Source: Lingula anatina
Taxonomy: Eukaryota > Animalia > Brachiopoda
Assembly (NCBI GenBank): GCA_051362555.1
Contig: CM120641.1
Location: 34,974,401 to 35,038,400, forward strand
Reading direction: 5' to 3'
DNA: 64,000 nucleotides
The notes below the pieces were generated by a model. The model made no database searches. It saw only the letters and a program-made list of their open reading frames with translations, and was not told the DNA's origin. This document shows, one piece after another, positions 48,438 to 62,780 of this stretch (within the stretch, counting starts at the first letter, position 1; each line of letters opens with the position of its first letter). Made by a program: the position numbers and the translations under genes.

Positions 48438-51400
48438 TTAATTTTTATATCAAAACTTTTAAAAGCAGTCATACTTACGATGCTTGCAGTTTATTTTATA
48501 TTTTTTCCCTTTTTGTTTTTATTTTAAAAATGATTATCTTTGGCGTCAGGTAGTTTCTATGTAAGACACCTGAGAGCAGGCTTCCCTGAGGTGCCATGCC
48601 CTTTACACCTCATGGTTCCTAAACTTTGGCAGGTACAGGGCACACCATAATTGAAAGGGAATTGGAGCAAGCCAACTGCTTAAACATATCTTTAGATCCC
48701 ATAGTATTGTGTAGTGCAGGGACGTTTATGATTTTATACTTGCAAAGTTATGCAAGCACCAGTGCCCCCCCCCCCCCCCCCCCACTAAGAGAAAATATTG
48801 CGTTTCCATTAGTTACAGGTATCTGCATATGATTTTTCACTTACTTGTGAAATCACGCGAACATAGGTGTTATATTATATATTTTCTTAATTATGAACAT
48901 ATTTAATATAAGAATATGCCCAAAGCATTGTTGCTGTTGATAATCATCTTGCCCTTAGTACCTACTTTATGCTATTTTTTTCTTGGATATCAAGGTGATT
49001 TAGATTATGTGGGTTTCGTAATTATGTGTAAATGCTATCAGGCATTTAGAGGATTTGATTCAAATAGGTTGATATGGCAATTGTTACACAGAATCTGGTA
49101 ACCAAATTAAACCTTAAACCAATTACCTCATGAAAGATATTTTATGTATATTGACATGCTGTCATTTTTAGTTGATGTATGTTTTGTGGATGACATTTTG
49201 AAAGTTTTTCATTTATGTCCTTTATTACAAGATTGTTTGGTTTCTGTACATTTTGTAAGAAGAAAGTGTCTGTATTTATTGGACATTGAATTCAGTATTG
49301 ATTATGTATACAGATGTATGCTCCCCAGAGGATCTTCTGCAGGAACATACCAGGAAGTTCAGTCAGTTTGTTACAAACACTGTGGTTGAAATAGGAAAGA
49401 AAAATGTTATAACAGGCAGCTTTAGATCCCATCTATCATTATTTACGCTTACATAGAGTTACTGGATCTTTGATAACTTAATCACACACCGAGTCATCTA
49501 AAAAATGTATATGTGTATTAATATGTACTTTGTTCCAGGTTTATTTCTACAGTTTTGTAGATGTTATAAATGGACAAGTGATGTTTTTGTCAATACCCTG
49601 AATGTGGTAACTGTTCACAGTTGTACAACTTGTACTCCTACAGTTACACTAACTCCTGCCCTTATGTATGTTGTATTGTTAAAAACGACCAGTGTTCACA
49701 AATTGATTGAAGTGTCAAGTCATTGAAAATTGCTCAAAGTTACAATTTTTCTTACACACATTCACTGTCATTTTTTTAAAACTTAAAAACAGTTTTATAA
49801 TGATATTTAAGAATCATTATCTATCACTAATTTTTATTTTAAGAAAAATTTACATTATTTGGTATACTATACAGTGTTCATCATGACACTAACTGATTTA
49901 TGGAGACTCTGTATGCTTCTGAAACTTTTTTATACAATTTGATTGGGTTTTAAAGATATAAAGTGAGATCCTAATTGTTACTTCTGAATTCCTCCTTTAT
50001 GACTACTGTATTGGCAAATCACAGCACTTAATGAGTAATGTTCTATTTGAGCTATTTAAATGTCAATCACATTTAGTGAGAAGGCCAAATAGACATATTA
50101 TGTCCAAATTGTTTTTTTTTTTTTTTTGCACTCCTTGACATTGCATGTTGAGATTTCCGTAGGCTCTCATGGTATTGCATTTTAAGTGTTACATTGCTTT
50201 TATTGTCTAAATAGAATAACAAAGATTATCAACTAAGAATTTAAATAATTTATTTCACGTTGCATACTATTTATCAGGTTTTTTTCTTTTATGTAATAAA
50301 TTATTATGGCCATGCAAAGTAAACCTTAAAAAATATGTCAGATGATGCACATGTGTTGTTTCAGTACCCTATTTACCATATTAAATATACACTAGTACTG
50401 CTACTTGCTTTCATTATCATTTGTTTGTCTTCTACAGTTGATGCAGATGAAATCAAAAGGCTTGGGAAGCGTTTTAAAAAACTGGACTTGGACAACTCTG
50501 GTTCTTTAAGCGTTGATGAATTTATGTCCTTACCAGAGCTTCAACAAAACCCACTTGTACAGAGAGTCATAGATATATTTGATGAAGACGGAAATGGGGA
50601 AGTTGACTTCAAAGGTGAGTAAGATGCCAAGATTCCACAATGATGTAAATATTAAGTAAGCCGTGGCTACATATTATGTATGTATAATGGGGTAATTTTT
50701 CTAACTGTAGAAAAGGTAGAAGTAAGGTATATACAATGAAATGGAGCAGGTGCAATATTTCCTAGATATAATGATATTCTCATTTTCCCCATGGATACTT
50801 CCATGTATTATTTATTTCCAGTACTGTACAGCATAAAAAACATGGCATTGTTGTGATTTAGAATAACATTATTTGTCTAAACGGGCATTTTGGTATTGCC
50901 ACTGTGTTTTGGAGTGAAATGTATACATTTCTCAGTCAGAAATACCACAAATGTTGCCATGGGTCTGTGTATCAGTGTGAATGCTTACACTCACTGTTTA
51001 TGAATGATGATCTATGAAATCAATAGAAATGTGATTTATGACTACATCAGGAACAGCTGGGTATTATAAAAGATATTTTATTTCTTTAATTCAATACACG
51101 CACAACCCACCATCCATCCGCCTAGGTTAGGTTTTTGTATTGCGCAAAACATTTTCATTAGTCAACTAGTAAGTTGTTCATGGGCTTTGGCAGTGGTCTG
51201 ATGCTTAAAAGGAATGATAGGAAAGCTTGGAGAGTGATAATCAATGAAAGGAAATCATCATTCAAGCATTTGCTGTAAATCAATATGAAGGTAGCTGCAC
51301 TTTCATGCTCTGTTTTACATATGTGCCTATAATCCCAGATGAAATGTTCCAGAAAATTAAGTCAACAATCCAGTGTAATATTCTGTTGTACTCGGGGGCC

Positions 51401-53253
51401 ATTGCTACAGGTGTTGTTCAAGATATACTTCCGAGACTGATTAACAGTAGCCTAGGCTTTTATTGGCCTCATCTTATTACAGATGTCGATCAAAAAGGTG
51501 TGGATTCCAACCTTGTTATTTTCAATGCTGGGTGTATATATTTTATGCTTTATTTAATTCTGCACACTTGCAAATAATCAATATGGGTCAATTAGAGACA
51601 AGTGTAGATAACCTGGATGATATCCGAGGAATCCCAGTGGAGCATGAGGAGCAATATTTCCATGCTTTAGATATTCATTTCATGACAATACCTTGAACAC
51701 AATGTTCAGACATTATGAGTATAAATGAGACTGATTTTGAAGAATTTTCTGTGAAACAATGTGAGACAAACAAATCAATTGTGCATGAAATACTCAAAAG
51801 AGTTCCCTTTGTCTGTGATTTTTATGGCAAGCTGTTTGAGTTTTTCATCAACTTTGGCGGATGAAATCTTCTTGTCTGGGTAGGGTTTAAATATGACATA
51901 GCATGGGGTTAGATTTACTGATTTGTAGAGAAATGTTATAAAAACACTGAAACCCAAAATGAAAGAAGCAAAACTGAAGCATGCTGCTTAAATTCAAAGT
52001 TGTATAAAATACCCTTTCTTAGAAATACACAAAAAGAAAAAACATGGCAAGTAATCTGAAAGTATTACAACCCCTAAAATTAAGTGAAGATGAAAAGTGT
52101 TACTTTCTGTATAAATGGAAAGAGAGACTGATCATAGAAAGAAGCAGGAGAGACTGATTAAAAGTGGCATCCAATGTATGCTTCTACACTTAATTAGAAT
52201 CCTTTGGAGTGCTTATACCATCCCTAGCGTGGGAGGGATATCCCTGAAACACTGGAAGCAATAAAATATGGATGGGGCAATGGGTTGATGTATAAGGAAA
52301 TGTCTGATTTATTGCTTTAAGTAAATATATTCGTTTCAGAGAAAGCTCCATTTAGATTGGTTTATTTCTTTTCTTGAAAGGTGCTAAATTTTGTTTAATT
52401 TTGTATATTTCAGAATTCATCCAAGGTGTTTCACAATTTAGCGTAAAAGGGGACAAAGAATCTAAACTTAAGTGTAAGTAATTCAATTGCTTTTGATCTT
52501 TGAATATTTCCAAGGCTAATCATGTTATGGTGTAGTAGTCTTGGGGCCTTCATGTAGTACAAAAAGCTAAATTCCTCATGAAGACAGGGAAAGTGTAGAT
52601 GAATGCTATGATGTTAACAAAACATTCTGAGGAAAAGGTCATCAGCACTATCAAAGATGAATATAAATAAAGCATTTGAGCTGTGTAGTATCATCCATCA
52701 GATTATTTTTGCTCACTTCTGGTATTGAATATCCCTGTTCCCAGTTTGTGTGGGTGTTTCTTGTGCCTGGAGATATTTTTTTTTTTTTTAAATTACTCAG
52801 AATAACTATATGGTCAGTACTGGTGTCTTTTTAACTTCTTTTTATTATAACAAAATTATCTTTCTTTTTTCAGCTTGCATTTATTATAATTTTGTTATTA
52901 TTTCAGTTGCATTTAAAATCTATGATATGGACAAAGATGGTTTTATTTCAAATGGAGAATTGTTCCAAGTGTTAAAAATGATGGTGGGCAACAACCTAAA
53001 AGACACACAGTTACAGCAGATAGTGGACAAAACTATTATCTTAGCTGATCAGGATGGAGATGGCAAAATTTCCTTTGATGAATTCTCTGCAGTAAGTTGA
53101 AAACAGAATTTTGTAGTGGGCTGTTAATTTTTTTTTTCATGGTATATACTATACATAATGTTTCGAAAATTAAAAGATAGCAAGAGAAACTAACTAGTGT
53201 TTGTTCATATAATTACAACTGCCACGAAACATGTAATTAGTATTTTGGGCAGA

Positions 53254-53322
<69 letters not shown>

Positions 53323-53409
53323 CAACATTCTGATTTACATGTTTCTCTTTGTTCCTTTCAGATTGTAGGAGGCATGGATGTACATAAAAAGATGGTTGTG
53401 GACGTATAG
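41540..53409 (+). CDS. PPP3R1: Calcineurin subunit B (170 aa, 4 EF-hands, N-myristoylation site MGNE)
   Basis: Exons 41540-41542 (ATG only), 44239-44278, 50438-50614, 52414-52473, 52907-53091 and 53362-53409 sum to 513 nt. Peptides [62 protein letters not shown] and [10 protein letters not shown]. Confidence 0.98.
42430..42663. mobile_element. Palindromic MITE, family A, in PPP3R1 intron 1
   Basis: Arms CTGGGCTAGTCCAATTCTGC...TGCAATCA / TGATTGCA...GCAGAGTTGGACTAACCCAG. Core GTTAATTACCCCCTAGC...GGCATGTTAGACAATTAAG. Confidence 0.7.
45226..45472. mobile_element. Palindromic MITE, family A, in PPP3R1 intron 2
   Basis: Arms GTCTACATGGATCGACTCAACTC / GAGTTGGGTCGATCCACATAGAC, terminus ATGGGAATTGGGCC; the core is degenerate. 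Confidence 0.65.
47359..47451. repeat. Compound (GT)n(TA)n(GATA)n microsatellite
   Basis: Direct reading. Confidence 0.97.
48323..48440. repeat. Inverted compound trinucleotide microsatellite (ATT)n(ATG)n / (CAT)n(AAT)n
   Basis: The two halves are reverse complements around GATGTATAACATC (about 48363-48375). Confidence 0.9.
51325..51700 (-). mobile_element. Highly degraded LINE (CR1/L2/jockey-type) ORF2 fragment
   Basis: Frame-shifted minus-strand pieces KAWKY...[15 protein letters not shown]...PIKA and VAMAP resemble the linker before the RT domain. Many stops; judged by eye only. Confidence 0.35.
53259..53318. repeat. (TA)n microsatellite in the last PPP3R1 intron
   Basis: Direct reading. 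Confidence 0.98.
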
Positions 53410-56400
53410 CAAAATAGACAACATCTCTAACAGTAGGGCTCCTTTAGGATGAAATATGTCGGAAAAAAAAACTTTTTACAATCATAAAGGAAGTTTGTAC
53501 ATTTTAATTCAGTGGTCTGTTGTAAAGTATTTCTTGCAGCCCGTTTTTCTACCGCATCTCCAGAGTAACAAGTGATCTTACTGTCTGAGACTGATATAAA
53601 TAATGACAGACTTTGATACACATGAAAGATATTGTGACATCATCGCCAGCATAACTAATAGGAGAGCACTTCATATTTATCTACACATTAAACTTTAAAT
53701 GTTAGCAGGGAGGATAGTAAGCTTTACAAACGGATTGAGCTAGCTTATGTGTCCTCTGTCATTTTTCTCTTCTGTTTTTTTTTTCCCGACCTGCAAGTAA
53801 ATTCTTAGCATATTTTGAAGGGATTGTTTCTAATAGCAGTCGTTGTTCCTCAACCAGAGGTATCCATGATGTAAGTTTTCGTCCTTGTTCTAATGTTGCA
53901 GTCTGTCACATTTCATGGCTATGAAAGATGAAAGTCTCCAGAAATAGATTGTGTCTTACACAGAAGTACATGTAGAGTAGAACAATAACTTATTTATAAT
54001 GATCGAGATCTCACTCATTTTCCCATTAGTATACTTACTGGTCTGCCCAACTACTGCACACGATTATGAATATTACCAATGTTCCACATCTCAACCCACC
54101 GATATTCCATGCAACAATTACCAATTACAGATACATTGGTTTCAGCACTGTGCTATAAATTTTAATATCTGCAGTGCCTTGCATCCATGTTTGCGCATCT
54201 TACTGTAGCAATTTATGGAACATGATCTTATCATCAATGGCTTTGCAAAGATGTAATTGAATTCTGCTCCGAGCAAAGAATTCCTCTAATAATTTGATGG
54301 ATGTTGCATTCATTTGGATAATAACCAGCTAATCAAATATTCTCAATTTTGCTGCTCAGTCTAGAAAAAGAGAATGGTATATCATTATTTACAGGAGCAC
54401 AATTAAAAAAAAAAGTGAAAATAAAGGAAAAACTTGCCATGTGCATTAATTTATCTCCTGCGAAGGACTACTAAAAGGAAAAAATACATTGAGGCTCAAC
54501 AGTTGTGAAGTGGGGGGGGGGAGCAGTTCATCTGCTGAAACACAAAATATGTCAGTTATGTGTGGAATATCGGTTGGTTGTACGGAAAAGAAATTGAGAA
54601 TTTTTAGCTTGCAATAACATCTCATCAGGTTTTATTCAGGATGTGCTTGGGGATATTTCACAATGTACAGTTTGAGATGTGCTGTATTGTCTTTTTCTTG
54701 CTCTCTGCAGATGGACTTAATGTGTTTAGTGTTAAATTTCATTCTTTAGTATTTCTCTCAGTATAACTTTGCATAGGCAGTTTTCTAAATCACAAATTAA
54801 AAGATCCAGCTTTGCTTCATGTTCAATATAAAATAGTTTCAACTTGGAAAAGTGGCAAAAAAACTTTTTTCAATTTATAAAATGTCTTCTAATTGTTTTG
54901 ATGCTTATTGAGAGAAAACGCTTCCTGATTGTATCTTCATACTTTGGACTGATACTGTATTGGGAGCTATAATGACAGGTTTAACTGTCATTTTATTGAT
55001 GTACAATCTGGTATTGTTTTTTTTTTCCATTTGAAAAAATACAACCAAAGGCTGAAAAAACGGGTATTAGGTTACTGGCTGTTTTGAGTTCTGCCTAAAG
55101 CGTCATATTTCAAGGTATTCCATTCCCGTGCTGGTACTAAAAACTGATAGCATTTAACAATAGTTTTCGTGTTAAGAAGTTTCTCTCCTTTGCCAAAATG
55201 CTCAACATTACAGTTTCATTATTTAAAGTGAAAAGTGAACTGATGTCTTGCAGCAATTTACTTTTTCAGACTATTTTGCATTGTAATTATACTATTTTAT
55301 AGTATATTGGTATCACTTAATGATTTTTATGGCATACACCAAAGGTGTGAATATGAACAGTGGATTAGCTTTCAAACATTTTTCTTCAGTCATTGAAAAT
55401 ATGCGTTAATTAATTTGTTATAAGTCTGCATTGTTCTTTTTTTTTTTTTTTTTTTCAAATTTTAATTGTTGTAAATGTTGTTGTCTCGGTAAGTTCTGTG
55501 GTTTTGCAGTCGAGTGATGTTAACACATTGATATACTTTTCACTTGGTGACATTATGAAGGACAGGGTTTGTGCTTACTGGCATGTTGTACCTCCAGAGG
55601 CTCTTGGCACTTGTTAATACACACTGCAAGATGATACTGTTAAAAGGAATTTAGAAATTATGCTGAGCACATAACTAGCTGATTGCCTTTGCTGAACTCC
55701 CAGGAGCTTTAAGTAACCAATTCAATTGTCGAGAAAGACTGGGATATTCAAGTAAAACAGGTGCTCCCTGAAACAGCATTCATCGTGCAAGTATTCCACA
55801 GGGCCAGACATCAGTGACAAACTAACCAAAGAAATCTGGCACTGAGACACATATACCTGTGTAACACACTATGAACACCATTGGGAATGTTGGATTGTAG
55901 GGAATATTGAGTTGGAGGCTGTAGATTGAAGGGCCTATTTTTTTTTCTCCAAGTACTGGATAAGTTGCACAACTTGTCATTTCACTGTAATGCTTTTGCG
56001 GGCTTCTACAGTGATATGTGTACATTTTTAAATATTTGCTACATTTCGAAGTTACATTTTTCATGGAATAAAAAAAAATTGTGAAAATTGAATCAGCAGA
56101 GTATTTTTTTTTTACATTTCTAGTGTGCAAACTGTTGGTTAATTGAACATACATAACTAAAAAAAGTACTTTCTTTTAATGATTTAAAGGCAGCACCATT
56201 TGCTGTACAATTTCCTGACAGATGAAAAAATTGAATGTGATCTAATTGCTTTGCAGGAGCACTTACAACAAATGTGTTTTAAATAGATCAACTAACGCAT
56301 CCATGGCGACCATGGAGAGCGTGGCTTGGCACTGAGCCATGTATCGAGTTATCTTGTTTGTTCTTTCCAAACAGTTCAAATAACACTGATATAACATTTG

Positions 56401-57406
56401 AAGGAGGTAAATTCAGTGAGCTCTAAAATTTTTGAGTTAACAACCTGAAGACTTCATCCATTGATTATAGATTATGTAATCCTCTGTGAGGTAATTATTT
56501 ATTTTTCTTTGATGTGATGCGCCTCTCATGGATGGGGCTTTAATTTTCTTAATATGCATTTTGATTTTAAATGTCTTGTGTACATAAAGTATGCCACACA
56601 AGGGCATGTTTTAGTATTTGTTTGGCAATTACATTGTGTAATCTCCATCAGTTTACAACAAGCTTTACTAGGATAGGCGAGTAAATTATTGCGACTTAAG
56701 TATCTTTGGAAATGTATTAAGTGATACTGTATGCATTTTTAAGCAACCACCTAAGAACTTTGAAGAATGGCATGTCCTCTGAATTTAAACTGTCCTACTA
56801 GAGGATTTCAAGCCCATCAGTAGCATTCTAATCACATCAGTCGAAGTTTCCTGAGGCCCTACATTGTCAGAGAAATGCTTGCATGTCTTTGGTCCCCTCC
56901 CAATTAAAACAATTTGGATAATGACTACCTGTGTCCCTTCACATGCCACTTGTATGAAGAGGGGGAGCAGGTAGTTCCCTCTATTGTTACCTAAATGCCT
57001 CATCAGGTGTGCCTTGCTGCGCATTGAGAAAAGTTCCACTAGTTGTAAGCTTGGAATCAAAATAGAGTGAAATGGCCTTCCAGTTAACAATGCTTCCCTT
57101 TTGTATTTAGATTGTTATTTTGATGTGTTGGTGTTTATTCAGCTATGACACATGACCATTTGTAAGGATGGATGTGGACCAGCCCATTGAAAGGGGGATG
57201 ATCTATACGCCTTTATTCAGGTGCAAATACTCTATGCTAATCTGCGCATACCAGAACCTAAAGAATGCGAGAAATTGAGTTAGCTCTTGCTTGACCTGCT
57301 GTGGGGCATGTCTTAGTGAGCAGAGTGCTGCGCTGACAGGAACATGGTGACAGTATACTAAGGACTAAGAAGATGCATATTCCCACTTTTCACTGATATT
57401 TCAAGG

Positions 57407-60400
57407 ATGATAATGAAACAAACCATGGGGATTACTTATTTTTGCTTTCTACTGTTACTGGTTGGAGTCCGGGCCCAGGGTGGTGGTGCCGCCTGCCCAA
57501 ATTTAGGAGGAGTTGTAGCAGGTTGCATCATTGGCACTGCGGTTCTATGCGCTGTCATAGCCGTAGTGGTATTTTTACTATGGAGAAGGAGACTTCATTC
57601 TGGTAAGCTAATGCAGGTTGTGTTGTCATGAAATTTTTATGAAGTGTTTGGAAATATTGATCTTTGGCATTGATATTTGTGTAGGAGTTTTTTTTTATTT
57701 TATATATAATGTAAATTCATATATAAGAGGGCAGCAGAAAATATGTATATCTCTAGCTGTAGAATATTTGGTTCCCGTTGACTGCCTTCATCTTTTATTC
57801 AGTTTGATATGTTCTCTTTTACACTGATATAATTGAACTTGCGCTAGCTGTCGCTCTTTAAACTTGGCGTTAATAACTTAAACCTGTGTGGAATGCTATA
57901 CCTATTGTTTTGTTTTGGATTAAATCACCTGAGCAGAGTAAACTGCTACCAAGCATGTAATGGGTTTATGCTGCAGAAACCTCTTACTTTATAAATTGGT
58001 GGCAGGTTTAGTTTTCCCTTAAAGCTTCACACTTTTTACGTGAGCTATATAATTGTAATTGAAAATCGCAAGACCTATAAGCACATTTTGACCAAGAGGG
58101 TCTTTCTGTAGATTGTCTCTTCTGTAGATTGTAGAAAATTTTAAAAAAGAAAAATGAACAATCATTCAATTACCTTGTACATTTATTTTATCCAACTTTT
58201 TTTTTTCATCATCATCATTATCATAGATGGAGGAAAGTCCAAAGTTGGAGAAGATCATGCTTATGAGAATGCAGCATATCAAAATGATGAGAGTGTTCTG
58301 GAAAAGAAAGGAGATGTTGAAGAAGGTATGCTTATCATCAAATATTTAATACTTACTAAGCACGTAGAAGCTTTTTCTTTTTCTTTTTTTTTTTGGAATG
58401 TGACACAACAGCATTTGAAAAGCAGGTAAGTTCACTCAAAGAAACTGAACTATACAATGGAATGCCTTTTGATTCTCACCATCCTGAAACAAGACCTTGT
58501 TAACTGATGACATGCGGGCCATTTAGTAGACAGAGTAACGGCTGGCTGTTCACAGTCTGAGACTTTCTAACGCTTAAGCATGCATGGTGACCATCTCTGT
58601 CAAGTTAAATTCTATGCAGCTAGTCACCGGAGTAGGGTTGGGATTGTTACAGGCTGTGTCATAGACAGGTCAACTGTCCTCCATCATGCAACCTGAGAAT
58701 AATCTGGCATACCCATGGCTTAAATAGTGTTCCCTCTGCTAGACCTGCACAGGTGTGTTGAAAAGATACAGCAGCTGTCCTGAGCTTATTTTGTCCAAAA
58801 AAACTTATCCGTGATTTGGTATATTTTAATGTGAAAATTTGCAAGCTAAAATCTCGGCCTGTTGACCCATTCTTTTGTGATCCTTATAGATGAATCAAGG
58901 GACCATATCATATCATATCATCCAAGTCTGTACAAACGTCTGTTGCCTGTATTAAGTAGATAATGATTTGATAATGATGATATTGCCTCTTCGGTTGGTA
59001 TGCAGAGACAATGATTCTTCTGTAGTGATATGACAAGAAGAGCTTGAATAATACATAACATATATACACATAAGATTATAATATCATATATTCACCTTGG
59101 ATGAGCCAACACCCTGTATGGTAGATTGGCATGATTATAGAAGGCACTTTTTTATCAGTTCATCAAGGCCCACGAAGTGGGTATTTAGACATAAGGTCTC
59201 ATAAAGGTGAGAATTAGACAGGTATTATTGCACCCTTGATTTCCTTCCATTAGCTGATTACAGGGTTTTCCATTGCCTCACAGCACTCTGGTGTCTGTTA
59301 TATATGGTATTTATATATATGTATAATGATGAAGTATGTTCTGTAGACAGGATGGAACTCCTGTTTCATAATTATATACCTACATATGCCAGTGTATGTC
59401 AGGAGTTGGTGTACTGTGACTGTTACTAGGACACTGTGTACATTCTCCTTTTCATGTTCCAGTGGGTCTTACTGTTTTTCTTTTCACATAGCGAATGCAC
59501 AATCATCATTAAAGATACATTAACAGGCGGAGTGTACTTAAGTGATTCTTAACTAAGAATTTCATCTCAAACTTTATGCTACTTGTGGTTAAATAATTAT
59601 ATGTTTATTCATTCAAATATTTATTATCATCACATTCACATCAAACACATGCATTTATGTGAAGCGTAGATAGATTTCAAACAGATACCTATCGCTGAAA
59701 ATGATAGTTTTTTTCACTGTTAAAGTAGAGGAATTGTCTGTATGTTTATCACTGCTTTTCATTCGTATTTCACACTTATCAATCAAATCTTTGTACGTGT
59801 CCCTTTGCGACCCTGTAGTTTAAGGCTTAGGCTTACAAGAGGCCAAAGAGTGACATTATATCATTTGGTGCTTTTGTCAAATTACCACAAATGAAGTGCG
59901 TGGCGGCCCTCCTGCTGCTTTATAAATTGTGGAATATTTGGAATATTTAGCACAATAACTTTTTGTAAACTTAGACACTGGTAATTGAAGGTACAATGTC
60001 TGTATTTATACTTAGTATGAGCATTACCATGCAATGTTTCTGTGGTGCGCATTGGTATTTAATAGCAAGACATGGTTCGTAATGGGTATTAAACTAAAAG
60101 CGTTCACAGTTCTCAGACTACACAGTAGGTAAAACCATACGCTTTGTCAACAGGGCTATTGTGTGGAATGGGACACCTGCTTTACTCTAAATTATTATCT
60201 GAAATTACTGGAAACCTGGGGTGGAGAAGAAAGCCATATATTGTGATGCTGCTAAATAGGGGCAGCAGATTTTTTTAACGTTTTGAACTTGTTACTTTTT
60301 TGCTGGAGTGTTGTGTTGACTGAGGTAATGGCCTGAACCCTATTTAGTATTATAGATCTTGATAACACACTTACAAGAAAAAATGGAAATTAAAGGAAAA

Positions 60401-62691
60401 CAGCTGTGTAGTTCAGTATAATGATATAAAGCATTACAGACAATGTACTGAATATTTATTAACCTTGTCAAAAACTTTTGTCCACACTTCTGGAAATGAG
60501 TTGATAACATTTCTGTAACTGTCTTTAGATGAGCAAATTTTGAAGATAAAAACTTTGTTTAAAACTAAAATCAAGAAACTGTGAACTTCTTTTGTAAGTG
60601 GATATATAAGACAAAATTGATTGTAAGTTGTAACAGTACAGAATGTCACGTATTTGACTTTGTCTCACATTTGTTCCAACATTTATTGACCAAAAGAGTA
60701 TCAAGTACACAAACTGCAGATCAATACCACTATTGAATGTGCAGGAGGATGTTAAAATAGATTTTATGTCTTAAATAATACAGATTTATTTCATTATTTG
60801 ACAAGTCCAAAAAAATTCTAGAATGAAATTATTTATCCCCAAAACTCTAAAATTTTATTATGGAGGGAAATTTGCACATGTTGTCTCAAATAACAGAATA
60901 ATGTGTTTACATCCCTTAATGAAGTCACCTAGTATATAGAAAATCAATACATTCTTATTGATTCAGCTATGACAGCAAATAATATAAAGCAAGATACACA
61001 AGATTCTTAATATGCTCAGTAGTTTTGTATGCACTTTTTCGACCAATATTGAACCTTGACCATAACTGTTTTTAAAATGTAATCCATATCTACGTGCCTA
61101 AGTCTGTTGATTTTATCAGCTTTGACGTATGCTAGCTGGTCTGTGTGTGTTTTTTTTTAAAGTTTACACAATATCATAAACTGCTTGTCAAATTCTTCTG
61201 AAACCCCCTAAAGCAATGATTGTAAAATTGTAATTCCAACCAGGTGTATTATATTCTTGGCAAAAAGACATTCAGCCATAAAATAATTGTTTTCTGCTAA
61301 CAGCAATAAAATTATGCTTTTTGATCCAAGTAGTGCCCATATCAAGTACCATTCTGTAATAGTGGCCATGAATTACTTAAAGAATTAGCAGGACTGTTAA
61401 TTTTTAAAAGCATAATACAGGAAATTCTGAAATGCAAATTTTATTGTCTTAAATCACCCTGTTTTAAGTTGAAGATAGTCTGTGCTTAAATCCCAAGGGC
61501 ATGTTATGTTATTTTTAAATAATGAAATGAGAACCCATGCTCAAACATTACAGTGTCGATGGGAAGGGAAACTGCGAGGAGAGTATGTAATTGTTCACGT
61601 GGCAGAAATTATGTGAACAAAAAAGTGGTGTAAAAAGATTTATTAAATAAGTATATTGAGATTGGAATTGTAGGAAAGATAGTTGGTAATAATTAGAAAA
61701 AGTTAAAGGTGCACAGGAAATTAAAAGAAATGTGTATCAGCATTATGTGTGAGATTATAATTTATACACAGTTTTTGCAGCTTTAGCATTCTATTATTAT
61801 TATAATGTTATTCACAATTTCCATTCTCCAAAATATAAAAAGTGTGTAAAAGTAACTTTTCTTTCTATTTCAGCTTTACCTGTTGGATATGTGATGTGCG
61901 CAGAGTATACAAGCCCCAACAAAAACAAACCTAAAGTAAGTTAATAATTTCTTACCAAAAAAACTTTACAGCTAATAAAGTTAATGAACATTCTTTGAAA
62001 AATACAATCACCTGCTGTATGTCTATTCCTAAGAAAAATGATTTATAATTTAGTGTGTATGTGAAAATGGCTCTTTTGAATTGTCTCATTTGATAGTTTA
62101 TATTGCATTTTCTCATAGAAACGCTACATTTTCACCACACAAAAATGCCAATTTAGACCTTAAAATGTATTTAGTTAATCTAGGAAATGAAAGTGAATGT
62201 TTTTGCCATTGATTTCATAACAGATTCTTTCCCAAAGTACCTTACTGCATGTAATATTTATGATGTAATGTAGAAATTAATGTAGACTCATTTTTCAAAG
62301 AAGAAAAAAAAAATATCTTGAATGTCTACCATTTGATAGAGGTGTATACATTTTCTCTTTTGAAGTTTGCTATTTAGACTGGAAGGATCACGTGTTAGTC
62401 TTAAGCTTACATATGGCTTGAATTTTAATATGTTGCAGTTGTTTTCCATAACGTTCAGACCTCTTCTTTTTGTGTACAGCATTATGTTGTTAAATAAAGG
62501 AAATGACAGAAAACAAATGGACACTTATGTGACTATATTTGCTGTTTCAGGCAGCTCCAATTTTCTCTTTGAAAAGAGAGCAGTCCCAGCCAAAGTCTTG
62601 GTCATCACTTCCTAGAAATCCTTTTACTAGTCTTGACGAGAGTTATAGAAAAGGTTCAAGGGCATCACTAGATGACAATATATTCAATGGA
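57407..62691 (+). CDS. Uncharacterised type-I single-pass membrane protein, 5' part; continues past the window
   Basis: Phase-consistent exons 57407-57602, 58227-58325, 61874-61935 and 62551-62691. Signal peptide (..LLLLVGVRA), roughly 10-aa ectodomain, transmembrane segment GGVVAGCIIGTAVLCAVIAVVVFLLW, stop-transfer RRR, then a cytoplasmic tail with YENAAYQN and RASLDD. Confidence 0.8.
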
Positions 62692-62735
62692 GTAAGTTGT
62701 GTTAAAAAACCGAGCCATCACATTGGCGATCAAGT

Positions 62736-62737
<2 letters not shown>

Positions 62738-62776
<39 letters not shown>
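62738..62776. repeat. (CT)n microsatellite
   Basis: Direct reading. Confidence 0.98.

Positions 62777-62780
<4 letters not shown>

Noticed and set aside
48257-48527. Poly-Ile/Met ORFs (and similar YIYI or poly-Phe/Lys ORFs elsewhere)
   Set aside because: These are translations of microsatellites and homopolymer runs.
56785-57090. 101-aa minus-strand ORF upstream of the membrane-protein gene
   Set aside because: Non-ATG start, no recognisable motif and no exon partners.
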